A stretch of 64,000 nt of DNA, taken from positions 704,001 to 768,000 of the forward strand of contig OZ241986.1 in NCBI GenBank assembly GCA_965204375.1, given 5' to 3'. Source of the DNA: Candidatus Latescibacterota bacterium (lineage in GTDB: Bacteria > Latescibacterota > UBA2968). The translations under genes and the position numbers were made by a program. Positions 35,926 to 46,454 of this stretch are shown here, piece by piece; within the stretch, counting starts at the first letter, position 1, and each line of letters opens with the position of its first letter. The notes beneath the pieces are model-generated. The model saw only the letters and a program-made list of their open reading frames with translations. It was not told the DNA's origin and ran no database searches.

Positions 35926-35980
35926 GGGCGGACACAGGAGCCTGCCCCGTAGTGCCTTTATACGGGGGCACCGCCCCTAC
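35926..35980 (-). repeat. GTAG-type REP-like element with nested inner hairpin
   Basis: Minus strand reads GTAGGGGCGG-TGCCCCCGTA-TAAAGGCAC-TACGGGGCA-GGCTCCTGTGT-CCGCCC. Confidence 0.6.
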
Positions 35981-37089
35981 ATTACCCTGAACTCCGCAAC
36001 CACATCTTCATCCAGGTCCACGCCCAGTCCGGGTTGATCTGTCAGATGTAGCACACCATTTCGAAACGTCATCTCGTGTTGGGCGAGTTTTTGTGCCAGG
36101 GGAGATGGTGCTCGCGTGTATTCTGTCAGCGGTTGTTCGCTCGCTGCGGCCCATTGGGCAGATGCTGCCAATAAGACTCCGGTGCCAAATGCGTGAGGTA
36201 CGGCACGTGCTCCCGCCTCTTTGGCCAATTTTTCAATTTCCAGGCCGCCGGTAATTCCGCCTACGCGCCCCAGATCGGGTTGTACAAAATGGAGTTTGCC
36301 ATTGTGCAACAAGTCGGCGTACTCGCTTACCAGAGTCATCGCTTCGCCACCAGCAATTGGGATGGATGACTGAGTTGAGAGTTCGCCATATCCCTGCACA
36401 TCAAACGGGTGCAATGGCTCCTCGAGCCAGAACACATTGTATTTTTCAAATCGCGCAACGCGCTTCAACGCGGTTTCTGCATCCCACGCGCGGCCGGCAT
36501 CTACCATCAAATTTACATCTGGACCCAAAGCCTCTCGTGCCGCTGCGACCAGTGCCTCGTCTAAATCTGCATCTGGCCCCATTGGTGCCCAACCGTATTT
36601 TACAGACTGATAGCCTTGTGCCAAAAATGCGCTCGCGGATTCTTGTACCAATTCCGGACGCTCGGGCCACAGTACGCTTGCATAAGCAGGCACTGCATCT
36701 GCTGCATCTCCTCGCAATAGATTGCGCACTGGTTTGCCTTCGGCTTTTCCCCGAATATCCCACAGTGCCATGTCAATGCCACTCATGGCCTGTCGCGCCA
36801 CGCCGCCTGGACCATACCATGATACGCCTTCGATCATGGCGTTGTGAATTGCGTCAAAATCCAGCGCGTCCATGCCGGTTACGATCGCCGATAGGCCATG
36901 GCGAAATGGTGCAGAGCGCGGTGCTTCAATTACGGCTTTGGCTACATAGGAACACGATACGACTTCACCTAATCCCGTTATGCCCTCATCGGTATGCACC
37001 CGCACGATCAGGCAGTCTTGAGTCCCATCGGCCGCCTCTACAACTTCTGGCAACCTTAAATGAATGGCTTCAATATGGGTAATTTTCAT
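35977..37089 (-). CDS. Mandelate racemase/muconate lactonizing enzyme family protein
   Basis: SGIDMALWDIRGK, MVDAG, WLEEP, GGE, QPD, PGLGVD. Confidence 0.92.
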   Translation of the reverse strand: MKITHIEAIHLRLPEVVEAADGTQDCLIVRVHTDEGITGLGEVVSCSYVAKAVIEAPRSAPFRHGLSAIVTGMDALDFDAIHNAMIEGVSWYGPGGVARQAMSGIDMALWDIRGKAEGKPVRNLLRGDAADAVPAYASVLWPERPELVQESASAFLAQGYQSVKYGWAPMGPDADLDEALVAAAREALGPDVNLMVDAGRAWDAETALKRVARFEKYNVFWLEEPLHPFDVQGYGELSTQSSIPIAGGEAMTLVSEYADLLHNGKLHFVQPDLGRVGGITGGLEIEKLAKEAGARAVPHAFGTGVLLAASAQWAAASEQPLTEYTRAPSPLAQKLAQHEMTFRNGVLHLTDQPGLGVDLDEDVVAEFRVM

Positions 37090-37107
37090 ATATCACTTTT
37101 TATAGCC

Positions 37108-37905
37108 TTATCCCTTTTGCAATACCCGCCACCGATCGTACAATGGTCGCATCTCTTTTGGCAAAAATCCGCGCACATTGTCCGCGAGCATCCACTTCAG
37201 GCGCGGATCCACTTCGGAGGGTTTACTGTCTTTAGCGCACATACTCCAGCTTCCGGACAAGGTCAATCGCTCCACATCCTTTTTCATTACTCCGCGGTGA
37301 ATCAAATTGCCAGTCCAAAACACGGTTTGCCCGGCTTTGAGGGGCACGACATATTGTCCCGGGATATCGTCGTGGCGTTCTTCTAACAAGCACCTGCGCT
37401 CGTGGGCGGTGCGGTACCTTTTGTGACTGCCGGGCACAATTTGCAGACAATAATCATCCACCAGTGCGAGATGCCACCTCAGACCCCTTTGGGGACGATT
37501 TAAAATTTCCATTTCCACCTGATACGATCCGTCGCGTTCCTTACTCCCAAAATCCCGGTGCCAACCGAAACCGTAATCCGCTTGATATGGATTTGTAAAG
37601 ATGAGTGTGCCTCCCAATTGCAACTGCGTGCCCAAAAAAGCGTGCGTGTATTTCATTATGGGTTCTGACATCAGATATTCGGCAAAAATCGGTTCTTTCA
37701 TCTCGGGGGCAAACAACCCGCGAATTGCCCAGGGTTCTCCGTTCTCTGAGCGGTGGGTGTATAAATCTACTTCGCCTGAACGCACCTTTTGCTTGGCGCG
37801 AATCGCAGCTTTCAGCAGGGATTGTAGCATATCGGGATCAACGGCGTCATCTACTATAAAAAATCCATTCTTCCTGTACTGCCGTTTCTCGGTGTCGTAA
37901 AACAT
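37108..37905 (-). CDS. PhyH family dioxygenase
   Basis: GWHRD, LQIVPGSH, LKAGQ, IHRG. Confidence 0.85.
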   Translation of the reverse strand: MFYDTEKRQYRKNGFFIVDDAVDPDMLQSLLKAAIRAKQKVRSGEVDLYTHRSENGEPWAIRGLFAPEMKEPIFAEYLMSEPIMKYTHAFLGTQLQLGGTLIFTNPYQADYGFGWHRDFGSKERDGSYQVEMEILNRPQRGLRWHLALVDDYCLQIVPGSHKRYRTAHERRCLLEERHDDIPGQYVVPLKAGQTVFWTGNLIHRGVMKKDVERLTLSGSWSMCAKDSKPSEVDPRLKWMLADNVRGFLPKEMRPLYDRWRVLQKG

Positions 37906-38074
37906 GACGGTCTCCTTTCATGTGCGGCGCAATATAGGTGTGTCGCGCAGCAAATACAAAAAAAAAGCGCGGGGGTTCTGTCCTGCTCAGAAAACAGTGG
38001 CAGGTCAGTGTCATTGTGATATTTTAAGGGAGGATATAGAGTATTTTGGAATAAGCGATAGAATGGAGGAAGAC

Positions 38075-40264
38075 ATGATTGGACCGCGGTTGGGTGATGA
38101 AGCGTTTTTTGAGGCGCTCGATTTGTCGCGTGAAGATATGAGAGCTGTGAAAAGGGCGGTAGAGACGCGAGATTGGACAGGTGCTCGGCGTGCGTTTGCA
38201 GAACACATTCGCACGCGTGAATATCCGCGATGGTTTTCAGATTGGCGAAACCGGTCAGAGCCACAAGACCGGGATGCAGAGGTCGAACTGGTGCGCGTGG
38301 GAGATCGTGCGATCAGAGATGTCAATCTCGAAAAGGCCGACCGCATTGTGGCAAATACGCTGGTGAGTTGCGATGTGGAAGAGGCGTTTGGGGATGTGAT
38401 CAATTGGGAATTGGATCCGATCAATTATAGGGAATGGACGTGGCAGTTGTCGCGCCATCCGTTTTGGGTCACGCTGGGGCAGGCGTATTGGAAGACAGGC
38501 GATGAAAAATATGCCGAGGCGTTCAGACGACAGATGCGGCACTGGATTGAACATGTGTGGATGCCGGTGGATGAGGATGGCAATACCTGGAAAGATGATG
38601 CACAGATGGGTACGGATCGCACGAATTGCTGGCGCACGATTGAATGTGGAATTCGGATGGGGCAGACGTGGCCTGCGGCGTTTTACTATTTTCTTTCGTC
38701 TGAAACATTTGCGGATGACGATGTGTGTTTGATGGTGAAGAGTATGGTGGAACACGCGCGACATCTCACGTTATGGCCGCGCGGTGGCAACTGGCAGACG
38801 ATGCAGGCCAATGGGCAATATCACGTTGGGGCGTTGTTTCCCGAGTTCAAAGAAGCCGCAAGTTGGCGTGAGATTGCAATGCAGTCGCTTTATGAGGAAT
38901 TGGATGAGCAGGTTTATCCCGATGGCGCGCAGATTGAGTTGTCGAGTGGGTATCATCAGGTGAGTTTGCGAAATTTTGTGATGGCGCTCGCGATTGCGCG
39001 GTTAAATAATTTGCCCCTGCCGGCAGATTATGTCGCAAAATTGGAACGGATGTATCATTACGACCTGTATCTGGCGATGCCCAATTTGCGTTTGCCCGCG
39101 CTCAATGACGGCGGCCAGACGGATATAGTGCCCTACATGCAAGGCGGGTTCAGGTTTTTTCCAGAACGGACGGATTTTCAATGGGCGGGTTCTGGGCGTG
39201 CGGAAGGAACAAAACCGGAAACTCTGTCTTGCGTTTTTCCCTATGCAGGGCATTTCGTCATGCGTTCGGGATGGGAACCGGATGATCTCTATCTCTTTTT
39301 TGATGGCGGTCCGTTTGGCTATGGGCATCAGCACGAAGATAAGCTGAATATCATGCTGTACGCACACGGCCGTGTGCATGTGGTGGATCCGGGGAATTAT
39401 CCATACGATTCGTCGCAGTGGCGCACTTATGTGCTGTCAACCCGCGCGCACAATACGGTGATGGTGGATGGGATGGAGCAGAATCAGCGCGGGAAATCTC
39501 GGGAGGAATACGTGGTGTCCGAGCCGCTGCCGCATACGTGGATTTCAAATGAGAAATGCGATTATGCGTCGGCGAGTTACGATTTGGGATATGGACCTGA
39601 GCGGGATCAGACGGTTACACATACGCGATCGATTTTGTTTCTGAAACCCGAATTCTGGGTTGTGACGGATATTCTCAGGCCCTCGGATGAGGCTTCCCAT
39701 ACGTATGAAGCGATGTTTCATCTGGATGCGGATGATGCCGAGGTGCTGGAGAATGGGTGCGGTGTTATGACAAAAAATAGCGTGGGAGAGAGCAATCTGG
39801 GCATTTATGCCATTTCGACAAAGCCGATAGATGTGCGGATTGTAAGTGGACAGGAAGAACCGACCGTGCAGGGTTGGATCCCCCGGGGAGGACCCTATCA
39901 GTGCGAACCCATTCCAACGGCAATTTTTAAATCGGAGGGCGATGGTCCCGCGCTGATGTCTTATGTTTTATATCCCGTGAAAGCGGGTGGAGAATCTCCT
40001 GTAGCACATGTGGAATACATTCCCGCGGTGGCCGACAATGGGCGAGTTGCGATTGCCGGGCGGATCGCGTTGCGCGATGATAGAGAGATTTATTTTGTGC
40101 AATCAGAAGCCGGCGAAGGGTGGATACGCGTTTCTGATGGGGAGACCGATGCCGAAGCTGGCGCGATGGAATTGGTCGATGGATGGGTTAATAAAATAGT
40201 TCTCGCAAATGGACAAACAGTGCGGGTATATGGACAGGAACTTCGAGAGGGTCACATGGTGTGA
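38075..40264 (+). CDS. Heparinase II/III-like polysaccharide lyase
   Basis: ATG 38075 after GGAGGA; NWQTM, YPDGAQIELSSGYH, MRSGW, GHQHEDKL, STRAHNTVMVDG. Confidence 0.88.
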   Translation: MIGPRLGDEAFFEALDLSREDMRAVKRAVETRDWTGARRAFAEHIRTREYPRWFSDWRNRSEPQDRDAEVELVRVGDRAIRDVNLEKADRIVANTLVSCDVEEAFGDVINWELDPINYREWTWQLSRHPFWVTLGQAYWKTGDEKYAEAFRRQMRHWIEHVWMPVDEDGNTWKDDAQMGTDRTNCWRTIECGIRMGQTWPAAFYYFLSSETFADDDVCLMVKSMVEHARHLTLWPRGGNWQTMQANGQYHVGALFPEFKEAASWREIAMQSLYEELDEQVYPDGAQIELSSGYHQVSLRNFVMALAIARLNNLPLPADYVAKLERMYHYDLYLAMPNLRLPALNDGGQTDIVPYMQGGFRFFPERTDFQWAGSGRAEGTKPETLSCVFPYAGHFVMRSGWEPDDLYLFFDGGPFGYGHQHEDKLNIMLYAHGRVHVVDPGNYPYDSSQWRTYVLSTRAHNTVMVDGMEQNQRGKSREEYVVSEPLPHTWISNEKCDYASASYDLGYGPERDQTVTHTRSILFLKPEFWVVTDILRPSDEASHTYEAMFHLDADDAEVLENGCGVMTKNSVGESNLGIYAISTKPIDVRIVSGQEEPTVQGWIPRGGPYQCEPIPTAIFKSEGDGPALMSYVLYPVKAGGESPVAHVEYIPAVADNGRVAIAGRIALRDDREIYFVQSEAGEGWIRVSDGETDAEAGAMELVDGWVNKIVLANGQTVRVYGQELREGHMV

Positions 40265-40266
40265 GT

Positions 40267-41097
40267 TTATAGCTGTTTGATGTCGATGCCTCCGTTAAGG
40301 GTTTGGAGTCTAATATTCGGGCCTTTTCCGCCATTGAGGTCGCCACGGATGGACTTGCTAATGCGCCCGCTAACGCGTCCTTTGACTTCAATTGGAAATT
40401 CCGTATCAATATGGCCTATTGTGCTTTTGGCTTGAATACGGCCTTGAAAGTCCGAAGGAAGAGACAGTTTCAACCCTCCGTTTACAGTTTCTGCACGAAT
40501 ATCGTTCTGTATTTGCTCGGCAATTGCGATTTCGATGCTGCCATTCACGGTTTCAGCTTTTACACCACCGATAATCTCAGCAAGAGCGATTTTTCCATTC
40601 ACGGTTTCGACATCAATTGCGCCGCGCGTGCCATTGATTTTGATACTGCCATTCACGGTTTCGCTTTTCACATTGCCCGTGGTTGAGGGGACAGAAATAC
40701 TTCCGTTGACGGTATCGAGATCCAGGCGTACGCTTTGGGGGACTGTAATCGTATAGTTTACGCTTATATTCCAGTTCTTAAATATTTTCCACTTGTTGTC
40801 GGGGCGTTGGGTACGGACCTCAATACCGCTATCTGTTTCACTAATTTCGATGGTAGTAGTTTCGAGCAGTTCTTCAGCCCCTTCTTCATCGCTCGCTTTT
40901 GCTTTTTTTACGGCGCGAACAAAGACTTGATCGCGCGCCCAGGTTTTAAGTGTGATTCCGCCATTGCGGGCGTGTACTGAAAGCATTTTGCCAGGGACAA
41001 AATCAAGGGTGTATTCGACGATTTCTTCGCGTTTTTCCGCGGCACTGGCCGGGAGTGTGAATAACGCGGCAAGAACGAAAATCAGGCGCGAGGTCAT
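40267..41097 (-). CDS. DUF4097 beta-strand repeat protein (secreted)
   Basis: Signal peptide; repeated TVNGSI/TVNGKI units. Confidence 0.85.
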   Translation of the reverse strand: MTSRLIFVLAALFTLPASAAEKREEIVEYTLDFVPGKMLSVHARNGGITLKTWARDQVFVRAVKKAKASDEEGAEELLETTTIEISETDSGIEVRTQRPDNKWKIFKNWNISVNYTITVPQSVRLDLDTVNGSISVPSTTGNVKSETVNGSIKINGTRGAIDVETVNGKIALAEIIGGVKAETVNGSIEIAIAEQIQNDIRAETVNGGLKLSLPSDFQGRIQAKSTIGHIDTEFPIEVKGRVSGRISKSIRGDLNGGKGPNIRLQTLNGGIDIKQL

Positions 41098-41226
41098 GGT
41101 TGTCTCCTTTATAACTGTGGGTAACAGTAAGGTAAAGAATTAGACTCGCTCTTATGTCAAGAGTTTCGAAATTTTTTAGGTTTGAAGTGAAACAATTTTA
41201 TTGAATTCGCCCAGAGAAATGCACCA

Positions 41227-43194
41227 GTGGCTACGAGAGACTTTTCCCGAGAAATAGAGGTTGGCCGTCAGCGGCATATCATGACGCCAAAAGCATTGAC
41301 GGTTGGGATGCTGGTCGTTGTTGCTGTGAATCTGTTGGCGCCGTTTTCCGAGTGGATTGTGCGATCTACGCTGTTGACGACCAATTATTTTCCGCTGGGT
41401 TTGGCGGCGTTGTTCATTTTTGTGGTTGTGGTCTTGAACCCCATTTTGAAGACAGTGAAGCGCGAGGGGGGATTGACGGGCGATGAGTTGGGCGTGGTCT
41501 ATACGATGCTTTTGGCGGCGGTATCAGTGCCCACTTATGGGGTGACAGGTTATGTGATTTCCGTGTCGGCTTCGCCTTTTTATTTTGCGACAACTGAGAA
41601 TGGTTGGGGCGAATTTATACACGACCATGTGCCCCTGTGGGCTGTGCCCGGAGGTGGGCGCGCAGTGGCATGGTTTTTTGAGGGGTTGCCGCCAGGCGCG
41701 GAAATCCCGTGGGGTGTGTGGATTATGCCGCTGTTCTGGTGGGGATCGGTGATTGTCGCGACACTGACGCTTTGCACGTGTCTTATTGCGGTATTTCGCA
41801 AGCAGTGGATAGATAAAGAACGGCTGAATTTTCCCCTGGTTGATGTGCCGTTGGCGATGATGGATGGTGCCGCAGATGGTCGAATTTTGCCGAAATTTAT
41901 GCGTAGTCGGTTGTTCTGGATCGGCTTTGCCATTGCCGCTGGCAAAATTGCGTGGAATGTGCCGGGTTATTTTTTTGAGGCCTGGCCGAGTATTCCCGCT
42001 ATTCGATTGAGTATTCCGGGCGGGCAAGTTTGGCCGGGTATTTCGTCAAATTTCTCGCTGCCTCTGGTGGGGATTACGTATTTTGTCAATGTGGATGTGA
42101 TTTTCAGTGTGTGGTTCTTCAACTTGTTTAATATGGCTGAGATCGCGCTGTTTAATCGCACGGGGTTTACCATTGGTACATCAGAGGTTTATTCGGTGAG
42201 TCCGGCAGCGTTGGGATGGCAGGGATTTGGGGCGTTTGTGGCGATTGTACTGGGCGGTGTTTGGGTTGCGTGCGAACATTTGCGCGGGGTGTGGCGAACC
42301 GCGTTGGGAAAGGAGAATGGCGTTTCAGATCGCGATGAGATCATGGGGTATCGCACGGCACTGATAGGAATTGCGCTCGGGGTCGTGTACATTCTTTTCT
42401 GGTTGACGCGCATTGGCATCCACCCCGGCGTGGCTTTGCTGCTTCTCTTTGCGGTTATTACGCTTTATCTGGGTCTGACGCGCATTGTCATTGAAGGGGG
42501 ACTGGTTTTTGTGCGGGGGCCTCTCGTGCCACAGGCTTATCCGATGCATCTCATTGGTCCGGCGGATTTGACGGGTTCAACGATGACGGGGCTGGGGCTG
42601 TCGTACGGATGGGCGTGCGACCCCATTGCCACATTTATGCCTTTTGGCGCGAATGCGGCGCGCGTACACAGCGAGCGTCGGTTTCCGCGAGGTGTTTATC
42701 TCACCGCGGTTGGATTGGCACTGGGTATTAGTCTGGTCGTATCTTTTTATTTTTCGCTCAAGCTGGCGTATGCTTCGGGTGCGTACAATTTTGGCGAGTG
42801 GGTATTTCGACGCGGTGGGCAGGTGCCTTATGATACGGTTGTGGCGAAAATTAAGGCGGCAGAGACGCTCAAATTTGGTCATTTTGCGTTTTTGGGCATT
42901 GGCGCGCTTGTGACAGTTTTGCTGACGTATTTGCGCCATCGGTTCGCCTGGTGGCGCTTGCATCCTATCGGGTTTTCAATTGCTTCTGTGGGACAAGTAC
43001 GATGGACTCTGTTGTCGCTGTTTGTCGCCTGGGCGATTAAAACACTTTTGATTCGCTTTGGCGGTTTGATGCTGTACAATGGCGCGAAGCCCTTTTTTGT
43101 CGGTCTGGTCGTGGGGCACTTTTCCGGTGCTGGTATATCGTTTATTATCGATGCGTTGTGGTTTCGCGGACATGGGCATAGTTTGTATTTTTGA
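41227..43194 (+). CDS. Polytopic membrane protein, DUF6785/DUF6784-like putative transporter
   Basis: Many TM segments; IPWGVW..P, RKQWIDKERLNFPL, WWRLHPIGF, PFFVGLVVG. Confidence 0.75.
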   Translation: MATRDFSREIEVGRQRHIMTPKALTVGMLVVVAVNLLAPFSEWIVRSTLLTTNYFPLGLAALFIFVVVVLNPILKTVKREGGLTGDELGVVYTMLLAAVSVPTYGVTGYVISVSASPFYFATTENGWGEFIHDHVPLWAVPGGGRAVAWFFEGLPPGAEIPWGVWIMPLFWWGSVIVATLTLCTCLIAVFRKQWIDKERLNFPLVDVPLAMMDGAADGRILPKFMRSRLFWIGFAIAAGKIAWNVPGYFFEAWPSIPAIRLSIPGGQVWPGISSNFSLPLVGITYFVNVDVIFSVWFFNLFNMAEIALFNRTGFTIGTSEVYSVSPAALGWQGFGAFVAIVLGGVWVACEHLRGVWRTALGKENGVSDRDEIMGYRTALIGIALGVVYILFWLTRIGIHPGVALLLLFAVITLYLGLTRIVIEGGLVFVRGPLVPQAYPMHLIGPADLTGSTMTGLGLSYGWACDPIATFMPFGANAARVHSERRFPRGVYLTAVGLALGISLVVSFYFSLKLAYASGAYNFGEWVFRRGGQVPYDTVVAKIKAAETLKFGHFAFLGIGALVTVLLTYLRHRFAWWRLHPIGFSIASVGQVRWTLLSLFVAWAIKTLLIRFGGLMLYNGAKPFFVGLVVGHFSGAGISFIIDALWFRGHGHSLYF

Positions 43195-43206
43195 ATAGGA
43201 GGTTAT

Positions 43207-44634
43207 ATGATGAATGTAATTTGTATTTGTCTGGATACGTTTCGCGCCGATATTGTCGGGCCAAATCAGAAGCTGAGTTTTGTCGAGACGCCTAATATGG
43301 ATGCGTTTGCAGCGGAGTCCGTGGTGTTTGAGCGGGCTTTTGGAGAATGCCAGCCGACGTTGCAGACGCGGCGGGGTTTGTTTACGGGACGGCGTACCTT
43401 TCCCTGGCGGTACAATTTTGATCGGCGCGGGCACTGGCATCACGCGCCTGGTTGGCACAAAATTCCGCCAGAACAAGATACGCTCGCTGAAATTCTGGTG
43501 GCAAATGGGTATCTGACCGGGTTGGTCGCCGATACGTATCACATGTTTAAGCCGACGATGAATTATACGCGTGGATTTGTGACTTATGATTTTATTCGCG
43601 GGCAGGAGAGTGACAACTGGCGGTTTGGCACGCGGGAATCGATTGAAGATTTGTTGCGCCCGCATGTGCGTGAACCAATCAACTGGGATCGGCATGTGGG
43701 GTTGATGCAGTATATGTTCAATCAGAAGTTTCGGCAACGCGAAGAGGATTACAGTTGTGCGCGTGTGTTTCGGCGCGCGGCGGATTGGCTGAGCGAGAAT
43801 GCACGCAATGCGCCGTTTTTCCTGTGGATCGATTCTTTTGATCCGCACGAGCCCTGGGATCCGCCGCGGGAATATGCAGATCGGTACATGCCCGATTGGG
43901 ATGGGAAGGATTTTATTACACCTGGAGCTGGAAATGAAGGCGATGGGGTGAGCGATGAGGAGAGAGAGCGGATTAAGGCGCTTTATTTTGGGGAGGTCAC
44001 GCTGGTGGACCGCTGGGTGGGGCACTTGCTGGATCGGGTCGATGATCTGGGTTTGAAAGGCGATACGATTGTGATGTTGATGTCAGACCACGGCACGCAG
44101 GTGCTGGATCACGGGCAATTTGGCAAAGGGCCAGATTGCCTGCATCCGTATAACACGCGATTGAACTGGATGGTGCGACATCCCGATGTGTGCAAGCGCG
44201 TTTCGGGTTTTGTTCAGGCGCACGATTTGTTGCCCACTGTGTTGGGCTTGCTGGATATTCCCTGCCAGGCTGTGGATGGGACAGATGTCTGGCCGTTAGT
44301 GACGGGAGAGATGGATGCGGTGCGGGATCACGTTGTGATTGGCTGGGCCAGTTTTTCAACCGGGCCAGCTACAGGCAGGGCATCGGTGCGCGATGATCAG
44401 TGGAATTATACGGTGAGTTTAAATGATGTGAATAATGAAGAGCTCTTTGACCTTGTTGCCGATCCCGATGAGAATACCAATGTCGCCGCAGATCATCCCG
44501 ATGTGGTGGCTTTGCAAAGATCGCGCATCCAGGCAGTGATTCACCAACCCCTGCCCGCCACGTTTAACGAAGTGTGCGACAATGCGCCAGCACCAGGTGC
44601 CATGTTTGTGCAGGGGAGAAAAAGAATGGGTTAA
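43207..44634 (+). CDS. Sulfatase-like hydrolase with a non-canonical active-site motif
   Basis: [40 protein letters not shown]. Confidence 0.85.
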   Translation: MMNVICICLDTFRADIVGPNQKLSFVETPNMDAFAAESVVFERAFGECQPTLQTRRGLFTGRRTFPWRYNFDRRGHWHHAPGWHKIPPEQDTLAEILVANGYLTGLVADTYHMFKPTMNYTRGFVTYDFIRGQESDNWRFGTRESIEDLLRPHVREPINWDRHVGLMQYMFNQKFRQREEDYSCARVFRRAADWLSENARNAPFFLWIDSFDPHEPWDPPREYADRYMPDWDGKDFITPGAGNEGDGVSDEERERIKALYFGEVTLVDRWVGHLLDRVDDLGLKGDTIVMLMSDHGTQVLDHGQFGKGPDCLHPYNTRLNWMVRHPDVCKRVSGFVQAHDLLPTVLGLLDIPCQAVDGTDVWPLVTGEMDAVRDHVVIGWASFSTGPATGRASVRDDQWNYTVSLNDVNNEELFDLVADPDENTNVAADHPDVVALQRSRIQAVIHQPLPATFNEVCDNAPAPGAMFVQGRKRMG

Positions 44635-45302
44635 ACCACCACGGGATCGCTATTTTTTGCAGCTTGCCAGGCCCGCCAGTCGCTGAGGAAGCGTTCCAGA
44701 CCGATGTCGGTTAGGGGATGCGCGAGTAACTTGCTCAATACATCGGGCGGAAGGGTCGCCACATCTGCGCCAGCAAGCGCGCATTCGACGACGTGTTTGG
44801 GCGAGCGCAAACTCGCGGCCAGCACCTGGGTTTTAAATCCATAATTATCGTAAATCTGGCGGACCGTGCTGATCAATTCCATACCATCTTGTCCCAAATC
44901 ATCAAGGCGGCCAATGAATGGGCTGATATAAGTCGCGCCTGCTTTGGCGGCCATCAGTGCCTGATTTGCGGAGAAGCACAGGGTTACATTTACGCGAATC
45001 CCATCATCCGAACACGTTTTGATCGCCTTTAGACCATCTGGCGTAATCGGAATTTTCACTACTACCTGTTCGTGAATTGCAGCATTTCGACGCGCTTCGG
45101 CGATCATGCCCTCAGTATCGGTGCTGACTACCTCGGCACTTACCGGTCCATCTACAATTCCGCAGATTGCGCGAATGATGTCTTCAAATTCCCCTTCTTC
45201 TTGCGACATAAGAGAAGGATTTGTCGTCACGCCATCCAGCACACCCATGGCCTGGGCTTCGCGGATTTCGTCTAAATTGGCTGTATCGATAAAGAACTTC
45301 AT
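44631..45302 (-). CDS. tal: Transaldolase (short TalC/FSA family)
   Basis: [35 protein letters not shown]; the Glu and Phe residues point to transaldolase. Confidence 0.9.
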   Translation of the reverse strand: MKFFIDTANLDEIREAQAMGVLDGVTTNPSLMSQEEGEFEDIIRAICGIVDGPVSAEVVSTDTEGMIAEARRNAAIHEQVVVKIPITPDGLKAIKTCSDDGIRVNVTLCFSANQALMAAKAGATYISPFIGRLDDLGQDGMELISTVRQIYDNYGFKTQVLAASLRSPKHVVECALAGADVATLPPDVLSKLLAHPLTDIGLERFLSDWRAWQAAKNSDPVVV

Positions 45303-45370
45303 GTATGCCTCCTTTTTATGAATGTACGAATAACGGAGCAGTGTACAACTGGCCGTCTCTCAGACAGTTT

Positions 45371-45406
45371 ATCCGCGCAATCTGCGTAATCCGCATCATC
45401 CGCGAT
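45371..45406. repeat. 9-bp-period tandem array
   Basis: ATCCGCGCA ATCTGCGTA ATCCGCATC ATCCGCGAT, immediately after the polyprenyl synthetase stop. Confidence 0.6.
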
Positions 45407-46453
45407 CTAAAATACGCGCTCGACCAAAAATGAACACATTTCTCTGAGTACTTCTCTCGATTCCGATGGGGGCAACTGGGCGAGGCGTGCTTCGGCAGAT
45501 TCGGCGCGCGTTTGGCAAGCCCGTTGCGCTTTTTCAATTGCGCCATATCTTCCCATCAATTCAATTACCCACTCGATTTCTTCTTGCGATGTTGCATCTC
45601 GATCTCGGTCCAGAATTTCGCGCACTTTTTGATTTTCTTCTGGCGTACAGTGGTTGAGCAAATCGATGACCATCAAGGTGCGCTTGCCCTCGGCAATGTC
45701 CCCGCCGCGCTCTTTGCCATAACCCCCGGATGTGGTTGTGGGAGCTAATGTTGCATCGGTATCTTCAACGACGATATTGAGCAAGTCATCGCGAATTTGA
45801 AATGCAACAGCTATGGCTTCACCAAAATCGCCAATCGCCCGTTTCATGTCATTGTCAGCACCCGCAATAATCGCGCCCATGGTACAGGGTCCGCGGCCAC
45901 TATACCATCCCGTTTTGCGCCGCAGCATGTCAACAAAATCGCGTACATCGGGAATGGCTTCGGCCTCGATCCAACCGATATCCAATGCCTGTCCTTCAAA
46001 TGTTATTTGTGCGCCCTGGATCATTTCACAAAGCAAATCGAGAGTTGTTGTTTCCCCTAATATTTCGCGATTTGCATATAATATTTCAAATACTTTGGAA
46101 TAGAGTGCGTCGCCCACGTTAATGCTCAGCGGAATCCCGTGTATCAGATGCAAACACGGTTTTCCTCGCCGCATCAAAGAGGCATCCTCAATGTCGTCGT
46201 GTACCAGGGCAAAGGACTGAAATAACTCAAAAGCAGCAGCCGTGCGCAACCCCACACCAGGATCACCCCCAAATGCCTCAATGCCCAGCAGCACCAGTGC
46301 CGACCTGAACCGCTTCCCGCCGCGCTGGGGATAATCGCGCATAGGTGCGTACAAATAATTAATTGGATCTTTATCTTTTGGCAAGAACCGATACATTTCC
46401 TCGTCAATACGAGGCACCCAGGTTTCCAAATAATTTTTTAATCGCGTTTCCAT
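45407..46453 (-). CDS. Polyprenyl diphosphate synthase
   Basis: GGKRFR, LVHDDIED..RRGKP, GQALD, FQIRDDL, DIAEGK. Confidence 0.93.
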   Translation of the reverse strand: METRLKNYLETWVPRIDEEMYRFLPKDKDPINYLYAPMRDYPQRGGKRFRSALVLLGIEAFGGDPGVGLRTAAAFELFQSFALVHDDIEDASLMRRGKPCLHLIHGIPLSINVGDALYSKVFEILYANREILGETTTLDLLCEMIQGAQITFEGQALDIGWIEAEAIPDVRDFVDMLRRKTGWYSGRGPCTMGAIIAGADNDMKRAIGDFGEAIAVAFQIRDDLLNIVVEDTDATLAPTTTSGGYGKERGGDIAEGKRTLMVIDLLNHCTPEENQKVREILDRDRDATSQEEIEWVIELMGRYGAIEKAQRACQTRAESAEARLAQLPPSESREVLREMCSFLVERVF

Positions 46454-46454
46454 T

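Noticed and set aside
37904-38074. N-terminal extension of the heparinase ORF
   Set aside because: It spans the divergent promoter region; a strong RBS precedes ATG 38075.
42976-44025. 349-aa antisense ORF
   Set aside because: It lies opposite the transporter and sulfatase genes and shows no family features.
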